The translations under genes and the position numbers were made by a program. DNA of 64,000 nt from Octopus vulgaris. Taxonomy: Eukaryota. Location: positions 41,664,001-41,728,000 of the forward strand of contig OX597816.1 of assembly GCA_951406725.2 (NCBI GenBank), given 5' to 3'. Of this stretch, positions 1 to 12,057 are shown one piece after another. The notes under the pieces were generated by a model, which did not search any database, was not told the origin of the DNA, and was given only the letters and a program-made list of their open reading frames with translations. Numbering within the stretch: position 1 is the stretch's first letter; every line of letters begins with the position of its first letter.

Positions 1-869
1 ATACGTATGCATGTATGTCTATATGGAAATAGGTGTCTATGTATGAGAAAATGTTTTAATCTCTCTGATGTAGGAATGATATATATAAACTTAAAGTATA
101 GGTACAAAGTATTAAACCATCATTTTATATAGAAGGAGCAACTTTAACTGTAAGTATTAGACACAGATTAGGGTTTAAAGATATTGAATATTACAGACAG
201 TAGACAAATGGACAATAATAGCACATCAAAATTTGTTTATCGATTTCGTTTGGACGTATCTCAGTGAAGCATAACAACTAATTCTAGTTAAGGCGATCAA
301 TGAGACTGTCCTATCAGAAGTAGATGCTTGGGAATCATTGAGAATGCAGCAGCTGCTCCACAATAAATTAGGCCAGATGATTACTTGAAATATAATATAG
401 ATAGAGTCTTGAGTGAGACGTCAGTTTCATTTTCGTTGAATATTGGAAGTAACTTTCCTAAAGATTTGGTTTTAATGCGAAAAGTACTTTTACACTAAGT
501 TATTATCTTGTTTTAAGTTATTGGTTTTGCCACTCAGTTGGTTCATTGTATTATTATTAATGTCTATAAATTCGTTACAGTTGGTCGTAGTTGTCATGAA
601 ACAATTGATTTTGTTTTACGAATGTGTAGAATATGCAAATGATTGTTATTTCTTCTCACTCTTTGTCTGTCTTTTGTTTATCCCCAGGTAAGCTCCTATC
701 TAGTATTTCTATTATGAAGTTCATCCAGCTGTGAACATCCCATCCTTTAAATAGACAGTTTGTGTGTGTGCATCGTGTAAAAACTTATCATTCACACCCG
801 TATTCATACAAGCCACACACACACATACGTACGTATTCCTGCACTACACAGACTCACAATCACACGAAT

Positions 870-871
<2 letters not shown>

Positions 872-941
<70 letters not shown>

Positions 942-950
942 ACACACACA
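872..950. repeat. (CA)n microsatellite
   Basis: Near-perfect CA run; explains the HT-repeat ORFs at 762-1013. Confidence 0.97.
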
Positions 951-2386
951 TCTCACACGCACGTACTTATAAGAGACATTTCTAAACTGGCGCTTTCCCT
1001 TCTTCGAATATAGTAGAATGTATGAAATTTACAGAGGAATAACTTTTATATTACGAGGCCAAATGAACGACAGGCTTCATTCCCAGTCACGTTGTTTCGC
1101 CTTGTAGCAAATATCGTTCTCTTTACTATAATTATAATTTTAGTACGGAATTTGTATCAGATTAAATTATCTTAAATATATTATAATTTATGTCACATTG
1201 ATATTTTATGTAACATGTCATTTGTTAAGGTAAGACGTAAACGAATATGGGTGGGTTTAAATAAAAAGAACATACAGGAAATGATTAGTATTGAGATGAT
1301 TTTTTGTTGTAGTGTAAGATTATGCCCATAAACGGTTTTTTTCCCCGGGATTAAATGGTAGACTGTGTATATAATACGTGTATGAATACAGACGCCGTCT
1401 TTCAAGTGATAGAAGAAACACGAATGCACTGAATTCCATCAACCACTGATTGAAAACTAGTAAAAATAATTGTCTAGTATATTATATGCGAATGAAATAT
1501 ATAAGAACTTAATTTTAAAAAAAATGCATGGGCAAGCCATAATATTTCGGCCGATTTCTAGATTCGATTGAAAAAGGTCCTAACCTCCATTAACGCATTG
1601 TACTCAACGTTATCATTAACTACACACAGTCTGTCTATCAGTTCTTATATACGTGAAACAACTAAGAAATTTTAAGTATCACAATATCTATGCACGCATG
1701 CCTCGTGTTCTTTCTTGTTTCTTTACTGATAGTATTTCGTGTAGAAAACATTGATGTTTTTGCTTTTATTCTCTGTTCAATTTCCTTTGACGTTGTTGTG
1801 TGTCTTGATTTGTTTTTTAGGTTTAGTTAATCAGCATTCATAAGATTCAGACTTTCAGTAGCCTATTTACTATCATTTATTTGTAATCGACTATAGGAAA
1901 ACCAATGCATAATATGCCATTTCCAAATTTGGGATAAGGTGAACAGTAAGAAACTGCACAGCACAAATTTAAATTAGTATAATTCTCAGGAGAATTATTG
2001 CATCTTTAAATACATCGTCTCAAAACCCACTGATTTTTACTCAGTGGTAATTATCATCACTGCAGTGGACTTTGTTTAATGGTTCACGATATATGTGTTA
2101 TTTTTCTGGTCTGTATAGTAAATCAATGTCAGTAAACGAATGATTTAGACCTCCCATTTGAGAACGTTTGTGTTGAAGCAACTTCGTCAAATTTTGTACA
2201 TCTTGTGCGTTTCCTTTCAAATATGATAGCGTTATGCCTACGGATATAACATCGGCATCGATGCAATAAAAATAAACACTGAATGTGAGCTATGCTCATG
2301 TTTTATGCTGTTCTATATTTAAAAGATGAAAAATTATGTACATCATTTACATTTAACGGATATTTGTCCTAATCGTGTTTGCTGTG

Positions 2387-2430
2387 AATACAACGTTTCG
2401 GCTAATATACCTTCCAGCCTTCATCAGGTG
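2387..2430 (-). ncRNA. Minimal type I hammerhead ribozyme motif (left arm, weak stem I)
   Basis: Minus strand reads tcac-CTGATGA-a-ggctgg aaggtata ttagcc-GAAA-CG-TT-gtat. Core intact; stem I has a mismatch. Confidence 0.55.
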
Positions 2431-2496
2431 AATTTGGAAAATGTTAACATCGAAAAATACTTTAGGAATGAGAATCCATGTTCGAAATTTCCCCCA

Positions 2497-2543
2497 AGAC
2501 ACCTGATGAAGGCTGGAGGGTATATCAGCCGAAACGTTGTGTT
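2497..2543 (+). ncRNA. Minimal type I hammerhead ribozyme motif (Penelope/retrozyme type, likely dimeric)
   Basis: gacac-CTGATGA(2503-2509)-a-ggctgg/tcagcc stem II-GAAA(2531-2534)-CG-TT-gtgtt. Stem I gacac/gtgtt, palindromic ACGT at stem III, GUU cleavage triplet (2536-2538). Confidence 0.75.
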
Positions 2544-3156
2544 AACAACAATCAAGATGAGGACAAATATCCATCAAATGTAAATAATGTACTCATGTTT
2601 TATAGTTTGTTCACTAAATTGTTTTAAAATTGATCACGCCGTATTAGAATTGCGTTTCTATATTCATCTATTTGGATGGCAGTATATGGTAAAGATAGCA
2701 AAATATTACATACGAAATAGCCTTTCCGCTTAACGTTGAGCTCCATATCTGATGCTCAGACACAAAATATAACCAAAAAAATTTTAAATATTGTCCTATT
2801 TTAACTTATATTTTATTTAATCGTGATTCTATAATTACTTCTTAGAAATTACTGTCACGATGCTTCATATTTAAAGAAAAACGATTAGTCTTCTTAACCA
2901 GGGATGCCTCCCAATGTTAATGTTAATACGTTAATGTTATTTCGGTAACATTAACGTATCTAGAAATGGGACCTCTAGAATTTAATTCCCTTTAACTGCA
3001 TATTGAAACCATTAAGCCGCTTGTGTTTATATTCATTTATCCACCACCAAATTCTTGGAAACAGGAAAGGCGATGCAAATGCAATCACAATGAAACTGCC
3101 AAGAGGCAAACCTGAATTATGGCATTTGAACATATTAAAGGAAATTAAGATATTAA

Positions 3157-4124
3157 AAGAAATCGAGTACCGTTGGTTGTGGTGCTCAAGGTTGTGGTAC
3201 GGGTGTTTGTGATACCGGCGGTTGTGGTACCTGTGGTTGTGGTACCTGTGATTGTGGTACCTGTGGTTGTGGCAACTGTGGTTGTGGTACCAGTGGTCGA
3301 GGTACGGGTGTGGGTGGTGCCAGCGGTTGTGTTGCTCAAAGTTGTGGTATGGTTGTTTATGATAACGGTGGTTGTGATACCTGTGGTTGTGGTACCGATA
3401 GTTGTGGTACCGGTGGTTGTGGTACCGGTGGTTGTGGTACCGGTTGTTGTGGTGCACAAATTTGTGGTACCGGTGTTTATGATACCGGTGGTTCTGGCAC
3501 CTGTTTGTGGTACCGGTGGTCGAGGTACGGGTGTGTGGTGCCAGTGGTTGTGGTGCCGATTTTTGTGTGTGGTGACTGTTGTTGTGACGCTGGCGGTTGC
3601 GGTGCCGGTGATTGTGGGCCAGCGATTGCGGTAATGGTTGTTCTGAAGCTGGTGGTTGTGGTAACAGTATTTGTGATGCTGATGTTTCTTGTGGGCGTTG
3701 TTATGAGGCCGGCCGGCCGTTGTGGTACTGGTGAAGAGAAGGTGGAGGGGGAAGGGAATAAGGATGATGAGAATTACAAGCAAGATGATGTCGATGATGG
3801 AGACGACGATGTGGACGAGACGAAGACAAGGAAAATGAAAATGGCGATATTGTTGATTATGATGATGATGATGATAATGATAATGATGATGATGATGACG
3901 GGGAGGAGGCGGAAGAGGTGAGTAATGATGAATACGGGCATGACGATGACAGTGATGATGATGGTGGCGACGGCGATGACGCTGCTCATGACATTGAGAA
4001 TTTTGATTGTGATCAACAAAATGGCGATGACGCTGATAACACTCATGATATCACCGGTTATGCTGAAGATGCTGTGGTTGAGGAAGGTAGTATGTATAAG
4101 TCATGTCTCTGTATATTACAATGA
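3157..4124 (+). pseudogene. Gly/Cys-repeat + Asp/Glu-rich protein with C-terminal CaaX (about 320 aa reconstructed); six frameshifts, either pseudogene or assembly indels
   Basis: GCGTG-type repeats carry synonymous third-position variants (acc/acg, ggt/ggc, tgt/tgc) and run into a gat/gac-mixed acidic tract ending YKSCLCILQ*. Frame changes at about 3505, 3536, 3567, 3617, 3714, 3818; no stop in the corrected frame. Start or upstream exon not identified. Confidence 0.6.
3175..3730 (+). repeat. 15-bp minisatellite (ggttgtggtaccggt consensus) with higher-order blocks
   Basis: 15-nt period; blocks beginning GCGAQ/GCVAQ/CCGAQ at 3175, 3325, 3445. Confidence 0.92.
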
Positions 4125-4437
4125 TTTCGATATTTAACTGACTTATACTGGAGATAAAGGGATTTAACTGGTGAAGTTGTCATATACAAGCAAGGAGGGA
4201 ATTTAGATGCTTATCGAAGACATCTAATTGAGCACATATTTATTTATTTTAAGCCGATAGCAAAATTCAGAGATTTCGTTCCCGTCTAGAAAAAGCCATA
4301 AAGTTTTATGAGCAACACAATGCCATCTCGAATTGCTATCTCAAGAAAATAATTTTTGTCGTACACAAACATATACGTGTGTGCGCGCTATGAGCGCTTT
4401 TACATGCACATAGGTTTGTATGCACACGTATAGGTAG

Positions 4438-4927
<490 letters not shown>

Positions 4928-6199
4928 TGTACACACGCGCACATATTTATTTGTAATATTTATATAATTTCTCCTATGTATATAGGCGAGAGGAAGAGAG
5001 AGAGAAAAAGAGAGAGAATGACAGAGAGTCGCTTATAATAACAATGAGCCGAGATTATTTCATAATGATTTTGCTGGAGCGATAAAAATTCTCATTAAAA
5101 CAGGCATATCCTCTGTTATAAATTGTACTATCCTGTCTTACATCTTAATAGCTAATCACTAAAATGTGAAATATTATAAATAAACTGAGAAAGGCGAGCT
5201 TCGAATTTCAGAGAAAAATGATGGTTGGTTTAACTACATATGCTATAAAAATTTGTGCAAGCGCCACAATATATTTTGTTACGATCGACCTGGAATATTA
5301 TGTTAGTAGCTAAACATAATTTAGAAGTCTTGTTTTAATATTATTCTGAGATCTAAATATTTCAATATTTTAATCTCTTATTTAGAATGAATTGTTTCAT
5401 ATATTGAGGATGATTTTTTTTCTTAATTTTAAAATCATTCAACTCATATTAAATATGCGACGAATTTTATTGTATATGGTGCGTTTTTAAAATAGCGCAT
5501 GGAGGTGCATTTACGGAGTAATAGCTACAAAAGATGAATGTACAAGCTTCTGTGGGTCCTTGATGCAAATGAAATTAATTTCTATATACTTTGTAAAAAG
5601 AGCATATGCTTCCACATTACAGTGTATTCTAACACATCTAAAGTGTGGGTAATTTTAATAGGCATATCAGTCAACTCACTCACAAATCAGTATTCGTACT
5701 TAAGCTAAAAAAAACCACAGAATGCATAATAAAGTCGAGAAACAGCACAATAAAAGCTGCTTTATGTATTTTAAGTTACTGTGCTGGAAACGGAAAATAA
5801 TTTAATCTTCTAACAATTACAATTCATTCAGGTAAATGGTCCTAGAATGCTTAGTATATTGTAGCTCACCAATAATGTCAACCGTATTTTTAGGTTTCTC
5901 ATGCATATTACGTTGTAAGGCAACATAATAAGCAAAATACGCACTGTTATTGCTTCACAGAAACTTGCCCCACTGTATTATTTCATTACAGCATTCAACT
6001 TGCTTCTGTTAAAATGAATTTTTAATTACATCATGCCCATTGGTGTCAAATCCGAAGCACCTATGAAAATAGCCCTTCCCTCAAGTGCGATCAAATGAAA
6101 ACGAGCCGATACTCGAAAATTCTGCACCTGACTATCCGAAGTTTACATGAAAAACAAGAACGCAAAATGTGATGCAGTATAGTTAGTTTTCAGAGGAGT

Positions 6200-6600
6200 G
6201 ACGTCGTAAGCATGTACGTGGTATGTTCAGTAAGTATCCTGACTGTCGCCATAGTGACGAAGCTAAAGCATGCAGATTGACACCGCTTGACACAGACTGA
6301 CCTTGAATTTTGCTATGCATGCGCACTAAGATTTAACGTTCTAGATCACTTATGCTTTTTACATTAGTACTTGGAAATATGGTGTGTAGCGAGTGATCAT
6401 CACATTGACCATGACAGACAAAGCTGCGCAGGGAATACACATCAAATCTTGTCAAAAGCTTGACGGGCAATACCTGCTCAGAGGCTTACACTATTTTCAA
6501 AAAGTTATCATCGTTCTCGACACAATCAAGATCTTGTGCAACTGAAACACGAGTGTCTTTTTGGTCAGCAGTTTTGGCACAAGCTTTACATATGACACCT
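6200..6600 (+). mobile_element. Decayed mariner-type transposon, transposase N-terminus
   Basis: ATG 6411 gives MTDKAAQGIHIKSCQKL then (frameshift) GNTCSEAYTIFKK, resembling the mariner N-terminal EQR..IKFC.KLGK.A.E pattern. Confidence 0.5.
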
Positions 6601-6659
6601 CAGTCTCTAGTTTGTTTCATCTAATTAGGGTCTTAACTGGGTGGAGATAAGTGGGTGAG

Positions 6660-6875
6660 TGTGTGTGTTCGTGTGTGTGTATGTGCTTGTATCCACCACC
6701 ACTGGACAACTGATGTTCGTTTGTTTACGTCCCCATAATTTAGCTGTTCGGCAAAAGAGACTAAGTAGAATAAGTACCAGGTTTTTTAAAAAAATGACTA
6801 GGGGTCGATTCGCTCGACTAAAAACACTTCCAGACGGTCACCAGCATTGCTGCACTTAAACTACTGAAACAAGTT
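6660..6875 (+). mobile_element. 3' half of abundant microsatellite-containing SINE (family B)
   Basis: gtttacgtcccc..ttcggcaaaagagact..agaataagtacc..ggggtcgatt..ctgaaacaag is shared with 31920-32085, 47525-47690 and minus-strand copies. Confidence 0.75.
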
Positions 6876-7305
6876 GAGGACGAAAAATAAGTTATAGAAA
6901 TGAGAGTAATTATTTCGTTTAATTTTCATATTATTCGTAGAGTAATACAATTATTTTGCTGAAGCCTCCTTGATATTTCTTTACATACTTTACTAATATA
7001 TTTCATAATATAAGGAAATGTTCAACTTCTATGTTCTTTAAAAAAGAGAAGGACTTTTATCTCGCCAAAATGAAAATCATATATAAACTGGTAATGGCTT
7101 TGCATTAAAATAGAATTCAGCTAACAGTCACATTAAGTTCGCTACATTCATTGCTCAAACGATTATAGCGATCTATTTGATTTTGCAAAGATTTTACCAG
7201 ATTACTTCAGTTTTAATTGGCGTGCCGCTGCACTTTACAAAGAAAACAAATTTCTGTAAGCTACCATACCACAAAGGACTTACCACAACCATCATCGGCA
7301 TCATA

Positions 7306-7310
<5 letters not shown>

Positions 7311-7339
<29 letters not shown>

Positions 7340-7412
7340 TAAACTACTACTACTACTACGACTACTACTACGACTACTACGGCTACTATTACTACTACTA
7401 CGACTACTACGT

Positions 7413-7448
<36 letters not shown>

Positions 7449-7473
7449 TTACTACTACTACTACTACTGCTAC
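7311..7473. repeat. (TAC)n microsatellite
   Basis: Direct reading; source of the poly-Y/poly-V ORFs. Confidence 0.95.
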
Positions 7474-7852
7474 ATCTACCAGTCTTCTATGACATCTGTC
7501 AGTATTCAACTTCAATCGTACCGGAGGCACATGCCAAGGGTAATGGAGGAGGGGGTTAGGTAAACCGACTGATATAACCACAGACTTGACTGGTGTTTCC
7601 AAGTGATCAGTTCGTCATTGAGCAAGGGGAGGGACTTAGGTCAATTTTTCTATTCCATATAAGGTCTGAGGCGTGAGAGTTGTAGAGAGCAACCAGCATA
7701 TTTTGCCTTTTACTTGCTCCAGTCAATAAACTACAGCCATACTGGAGGACAGCCCTGAAAGTTTTATATATATGTATATATGTATATATATATAAAATTT
7801 ATATATATATATGTATATATGTATATATATATAAAATTTATATATATATGTA

Positions 7853-7902
<50 letters not shown>

Positions 7903-7905
<3 letters not shown>

Positions 7906-8508
7906 GCCTAAATATCTTTCACCTGCGCTGCCTCCGGAAAATCCTTCGCATCAAATGGCAGAATCATGTCCCCAACAAAGATGTCCTCAAGCAAGCAGGA
8001 ATACCAAGCATGTTTACACTCCTCACACAAAGATGTATGAGATGGATTCGACATGTTATCCGTACGGAAGATGGCAGAATCCCCAAGGACATACTCAACG
8101 GAGAGCTTGCTAGGGGCACTAGGTCTGTGGGAAGACCGTTCTTACGATACAAGGATGTTTGCAAAAGGACATGAATGTCTGCATCATCAATATTACCAAC
8201 TGGGAAGCAGTTGCCAGCAACGGTGGCGATTGGCGACGTACTGTAAAAGAGGGAACACAAAGGAGTGACAGAGAGAGAGAGGAGAAATGGAAAGACAAGA
8301 AAAGACGTCAACAAGAAAGTATGACATTACAACCAGCCAGGCAAAGTCTTCGCTACATTTGCGGCACCTGCCAGAGGGAGTGTTTGTCCAGGATAGGACT
8401 ACACAGCCACAGCAGGAGATGTATTAGGACATGAAATGTAAAAGCCGGACTAGATTATTTTATGCGCAACGCCATTGTCTCCCGAGACAAAAAGGATGCC
8501 AACAACAA
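7903..8508 (+). mobile_element. 5'-truncated RTE-clade LINE (3' end of RT ORF + 3' UTR)
   Basis: RLNIFHLRCLRKILRIKWQ..RW..HV.R.EDGRIPKDIL.GEL..G.R..GRP.LRYKD and terminal CxxC..SRIGLHSH..C zinc finger. 1-nt frameshift near 8168. Closely similar to 59712-60420. Confidence 0.92.
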
Positions 8509-8804
8509 TATATATGGATTTCGTAGACAGGAACTGAAACAAATCAATCGTATATATATGTATATATGTAAGTGTATGTGTGTGTCTCTGTGTCTGTGTT
8601 TCGCCCTCATCACTGCTTCACAACTGCTGTTCATTTATTTACATCCACAAAACTTACTGGTTTCACAAGAACAAACTAATAGAATAAGTACTAGGTTTAT
8701 CAACATAAAAAAGTACTAGGCTGTGTCTCATATTTTTGTTTGCCCACTCAGTTGTATCTATCAGTTTATCATTGTGTGTGTGTGTGTATCTATATCTATA
8801 TCTA

Positions 8805-8860
<56 letters not shown>

Positions 8861-8861
8861 A

Positions 8862-8862
<1 letters not shown>

Positions 8863-8926
<64 letters not shown>

Positions 8927-9971
8927 CCCTAATGGAATCCTTAACTCCCAAATTTTAGTAATTTCTTTTATGATCCAAAACTAGGTCAAATGTACTGAAT
9001 GGATCTTTATGAAATTTGGAAATTATATTCTAAGCATAAGGGCCATAACCCCCATGACAATTCATATATTTTGCTGTTGATGAAATTTTAACCATAGATA
9101 TTAGACAGAAGGGAAATAATATTTATAAAATTTCATCTCCTTACAAAGTTAGAAAGACCCCTCCATGGGGACTTAACACCCACAATTTTGTCATATTATC
9201 TAAGCAAAACCGAATGCAGTTGTGCTCTTGGAAGCTGTAGGGTTACCCGAGTATAAAAGTTGGGCATTATTTCTAATTCAATGGTACAACAGTGTAACAG
9301 TTTGCTTTGACATACACTTACATTGTGATTTCTGCAATGTGGTGCATAAATTGCTATGTAAATGAGAGGCATCTTTGTCTCCACTGATTCAGTTGCAAAG
9401 CGTTGAGTAAAGTTTTTTGATTGCAGACCTCCTTTCGGTCTTTTTATTATCACTCGGTCACACATAGTCCCCAGATGGTAACATTGATTACAAGGCCTTC
9501 CCAGATTAGTGACTGGTTATTCAAAGATATGCATAGATTTTAAATTCATTCTGTCCAGTTACGTATCAGTATAGTGGTCATTTGCAAACTCCAGAGGTAA
9601 CCCTTTAATTTCTCCTAAGCCCTCACGTCACACAGTTGTTAATGTTGATTTCAGTTGGGTCACGCCCTTCCAATTGCTATAGATTCGTAATGCATCTTAC
9701 GGCTGTGCCTGTCACCTGGATGGTGAGGAATCCTACATTGGGAGTGGTAACGACTAGGGTAGGGTAACTGACTGCTTATTGTGATCATTCGTCTTTTGGT
9801 TTCCATGTGGCACGATTATAATTTTTTAGGGTGTGCAAAGAGGGAAATAACCCTCATCTGCAATTTTGATGAAATTCGAAACAGAGATATTCCAGTTCAT
9901 TCAGAAAATATAACAGAAAAGTCTAATTCTTCAATTGAATGTAACCGGGCAACGATGGGTATCTCTGCTAG
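8863..9971 (+). mobile_element. Probable non-autonomous Helitron
   Basis: 3' end ccgggcaacgatgggtatctctgCTAG|T matches the 3' end at 57263-57290. 5' end tentatively tc(at)n-aaaac; boundary uncertain. Confidence 0.5.
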
Positions 9972-10269
9972 TTTATGATAAAGTTGTGCAGCATCATAAG
10001 TATGGTTATGTAGAAGTTAAAACCTAGTTGGTTTGATCTGGAAGGTTGAAACAGCGGGTGCAATTTGCTACTATGTCTTTAGCGTTATCATATCGATAAA
10101 CAATCATCATTATCTTCATGCTTTAAAGCCCATTTTGCATGTTGGCATAGGTTGGATGGCTTGACAGCAGCTGGTAAAGCCGGGGGCTGCACCAATTTCC
10201 AAAGTCTGTTTTGGCTTTTTACGTGGCACCTTGGTTTTAGGGTATCACGTGGAAACTTGGTTACAAATA

Positions 10270-11211
10270 TATAAATTTTGAGGGTAGAGAAGTACTTGAT
10301 TACGCCGACTCCAGTGCTCAACTGGTACCTGTTTTTTGACTCGTAGACGACGAAAGTGAAAGTAGACGTAGGTGAAATTTGAACTCAGAACATAAGCATG
10401 GACTGGTTGTCTCAAAGCGTTTTATGTAGCGTACCGAACATTCAGACCCAGATCATCAGCTTAATAATAACGGTTTCAAATTTTGGCACAAGGACAAAAG
10501 TTTTAGATCTCAGGGGACTATTTGGCTATATGGTCTCTAGCACTGCTCGGGATACTTATTTTATCAAACCCGAAACGATAAAAGACAAAGTCGATCCCCT
10601 GTAGAATTATAACTCAGAACGTTGCCTGGAAGCTTGCCGCCTCTTCATAATATACCGGGGGTTTTCAATGTTTCTTATCATCTATAGATTCTTTTGATTA
10701 GTATTTATTCTGGTGAACCCCCAAAGCCATTTGATGTATAAAAACTAGTAAAATAGAATATTCTTTCCAAATTCTATTTTTTGTTTAGTACACATCCACT
10801 TGCGTTGTATTATGTTGTATTACGTAAAATGCTAGAGAAAGATACCTACCTGTTTCTCGTAATACATACATCTACAGCAACAATTCTTCATGGACACTTA
10901 ATAAATAACTGTGGGACCTCAATTTACTACTTTATTTCTGTGGTCCCCAGAAATCTTATTATGGACCATCAGGGGTCATGCAGACCTCGGCTGAGAACCA
11001 TTGATATATAACATTGTCAAACATCTTGAAATACTGGGCGAGGACACTCATCGATTACATCGACCCCAGTGTTCAACTAGTACTTATTTCCTCGACCCTG
11101 AATGGGATGAAAGTCAAAGCCAGCATCAGCATAATTTGAACTCAGGACGTAAAGGCGGCGAAAATGCCGCTGAACATTTCATTGGCGTGCTAATTTTTTT
11201 GGCATCTTACC

Positions 11212-11274
<63 letters not shown>

Positions 11275-11470
11275 TCTGATTTAAATTTTCTCACAAAGCG
11301 ACTGGGTTTGCGGGTAGATTGTAAGTCTATTCTGTCTACCTCAGTACTCAACTGCTATTTATTTTACCGACCTCAACAGGATGAAAGGTGAATTTGGCTT
11401 CGGTGGAATTTGAACTCAGAACGTAAAGACGGACTAAATGCTAATGCTAACGACACTACCAGATCACCGT
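10270..11470 (-). mobile_element. Cluster of four same-orientation decayed tRNA-derived SINEs (family A, Meta-domain-like)
   Basis: Recurrent caactggtacttattttatcgacc..gatgaaag..aaagtcgac..gaatttgaactcagaac near 10320-10390, 10550-10620, 11075-11150, 11345-11425. Confidence 0.8.
10655..11003. mobile_element. Possible hAT-type MITE nested in the SINE cluster
   Basis: Degenerate termini ccgggggttttcaa / ctgagaaccattg resemble CAGNGGTTCTCAA-type TIRs. Confidence 0.4.
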
Positions 11471-11922
11471 ATAATCGTTAATAATAATAACAATTTGAAA
11501 GAAATATAACGTAAGAAATACTTATTTTTTCAGTCTCCTATATACAAGAAAACATAACGTAACTACGTTGGCAATAGGTATAATTGGCTGAGGACTGTAA
11601 TTATCTTCTTTTTTTTTATTGTGGCCGATGATTTATGAATTGGTTGATACCGTATAATAAAATATTAATTCTGCACCTCTATAATTCACTAAATTATTAT
11701 GATGATGTTTGTTTTATTGTTGTTGATGATGATGATGATTATGATGATCATGACGACGACGACGAAAATGGTGATCATGATGGTTTTCATGATGATATAG
11801 GTGATATTGATCGTCAAGTAAAACCCAGCATGAAAAATGTTAAATGAACATTGATAATCCTGTTTAATGATTTAATGACCACTATTTCATAGCAGTTTGC
11901 CGATAAGAGCCGGGAAGATAAA

Positions 11923-11954
<32 letters not shown>

Positions 11955-11978
11955 ATAATAATAATAATAATAATAATG

Positions 11979-12027
<49 letters not shown>

Positions 12028-12057
12028 TGATGATGATGATGATGATGATAATAATAT
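11923..12057. repeat. Compound (TAC)n(TAA)n(TGA)n microsatellite
   Basis: Direct reading. Confidence 0.95.

Larger units (their letters stand above)
2336..2592. mobile_element. Head-to-head inverted pair of a hammerhead-containing short repeat (5'-truncated copies of the element at 55606-56275)
   Basis: 2336-2430 is the diverged reverse complement of about 2499-2592. The segment atcgaaaaatac..ttaggaatgagaa..aaatttcccc..aagacacctgatga..ggctggagggtatatcagccgaaa recurs at 56152-56236. Confidence 0.85.

Noticed and set aside
200-560. Possible ancient LINE remnant on the minus strand
   Set aside because: Only a faint peptide resemblance; not supportable by eye.
762-1013. HT-repeat ORFs and the many YI/CV/poly-N/poly-L ORFs across the window
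   Set aside because: They are translations of microsatellites that lack stop codons, with no coding signature.
3003-3212. 69-aa ORF as the start of the Gly/Cys gene
   Set aside because: Out of frame with the repeat; would need another indel or a splice that cannot be shown from sequence.
3145-3783. Mucin-like Thr-rich minus-strand ORF with hydrophobic N-terminus
   Set aside because: Has no ATG start, is the antisense of the Gly-Cys repeat, and synonymous variation and continuity with the acidic/CaaX tail favour the + frame.
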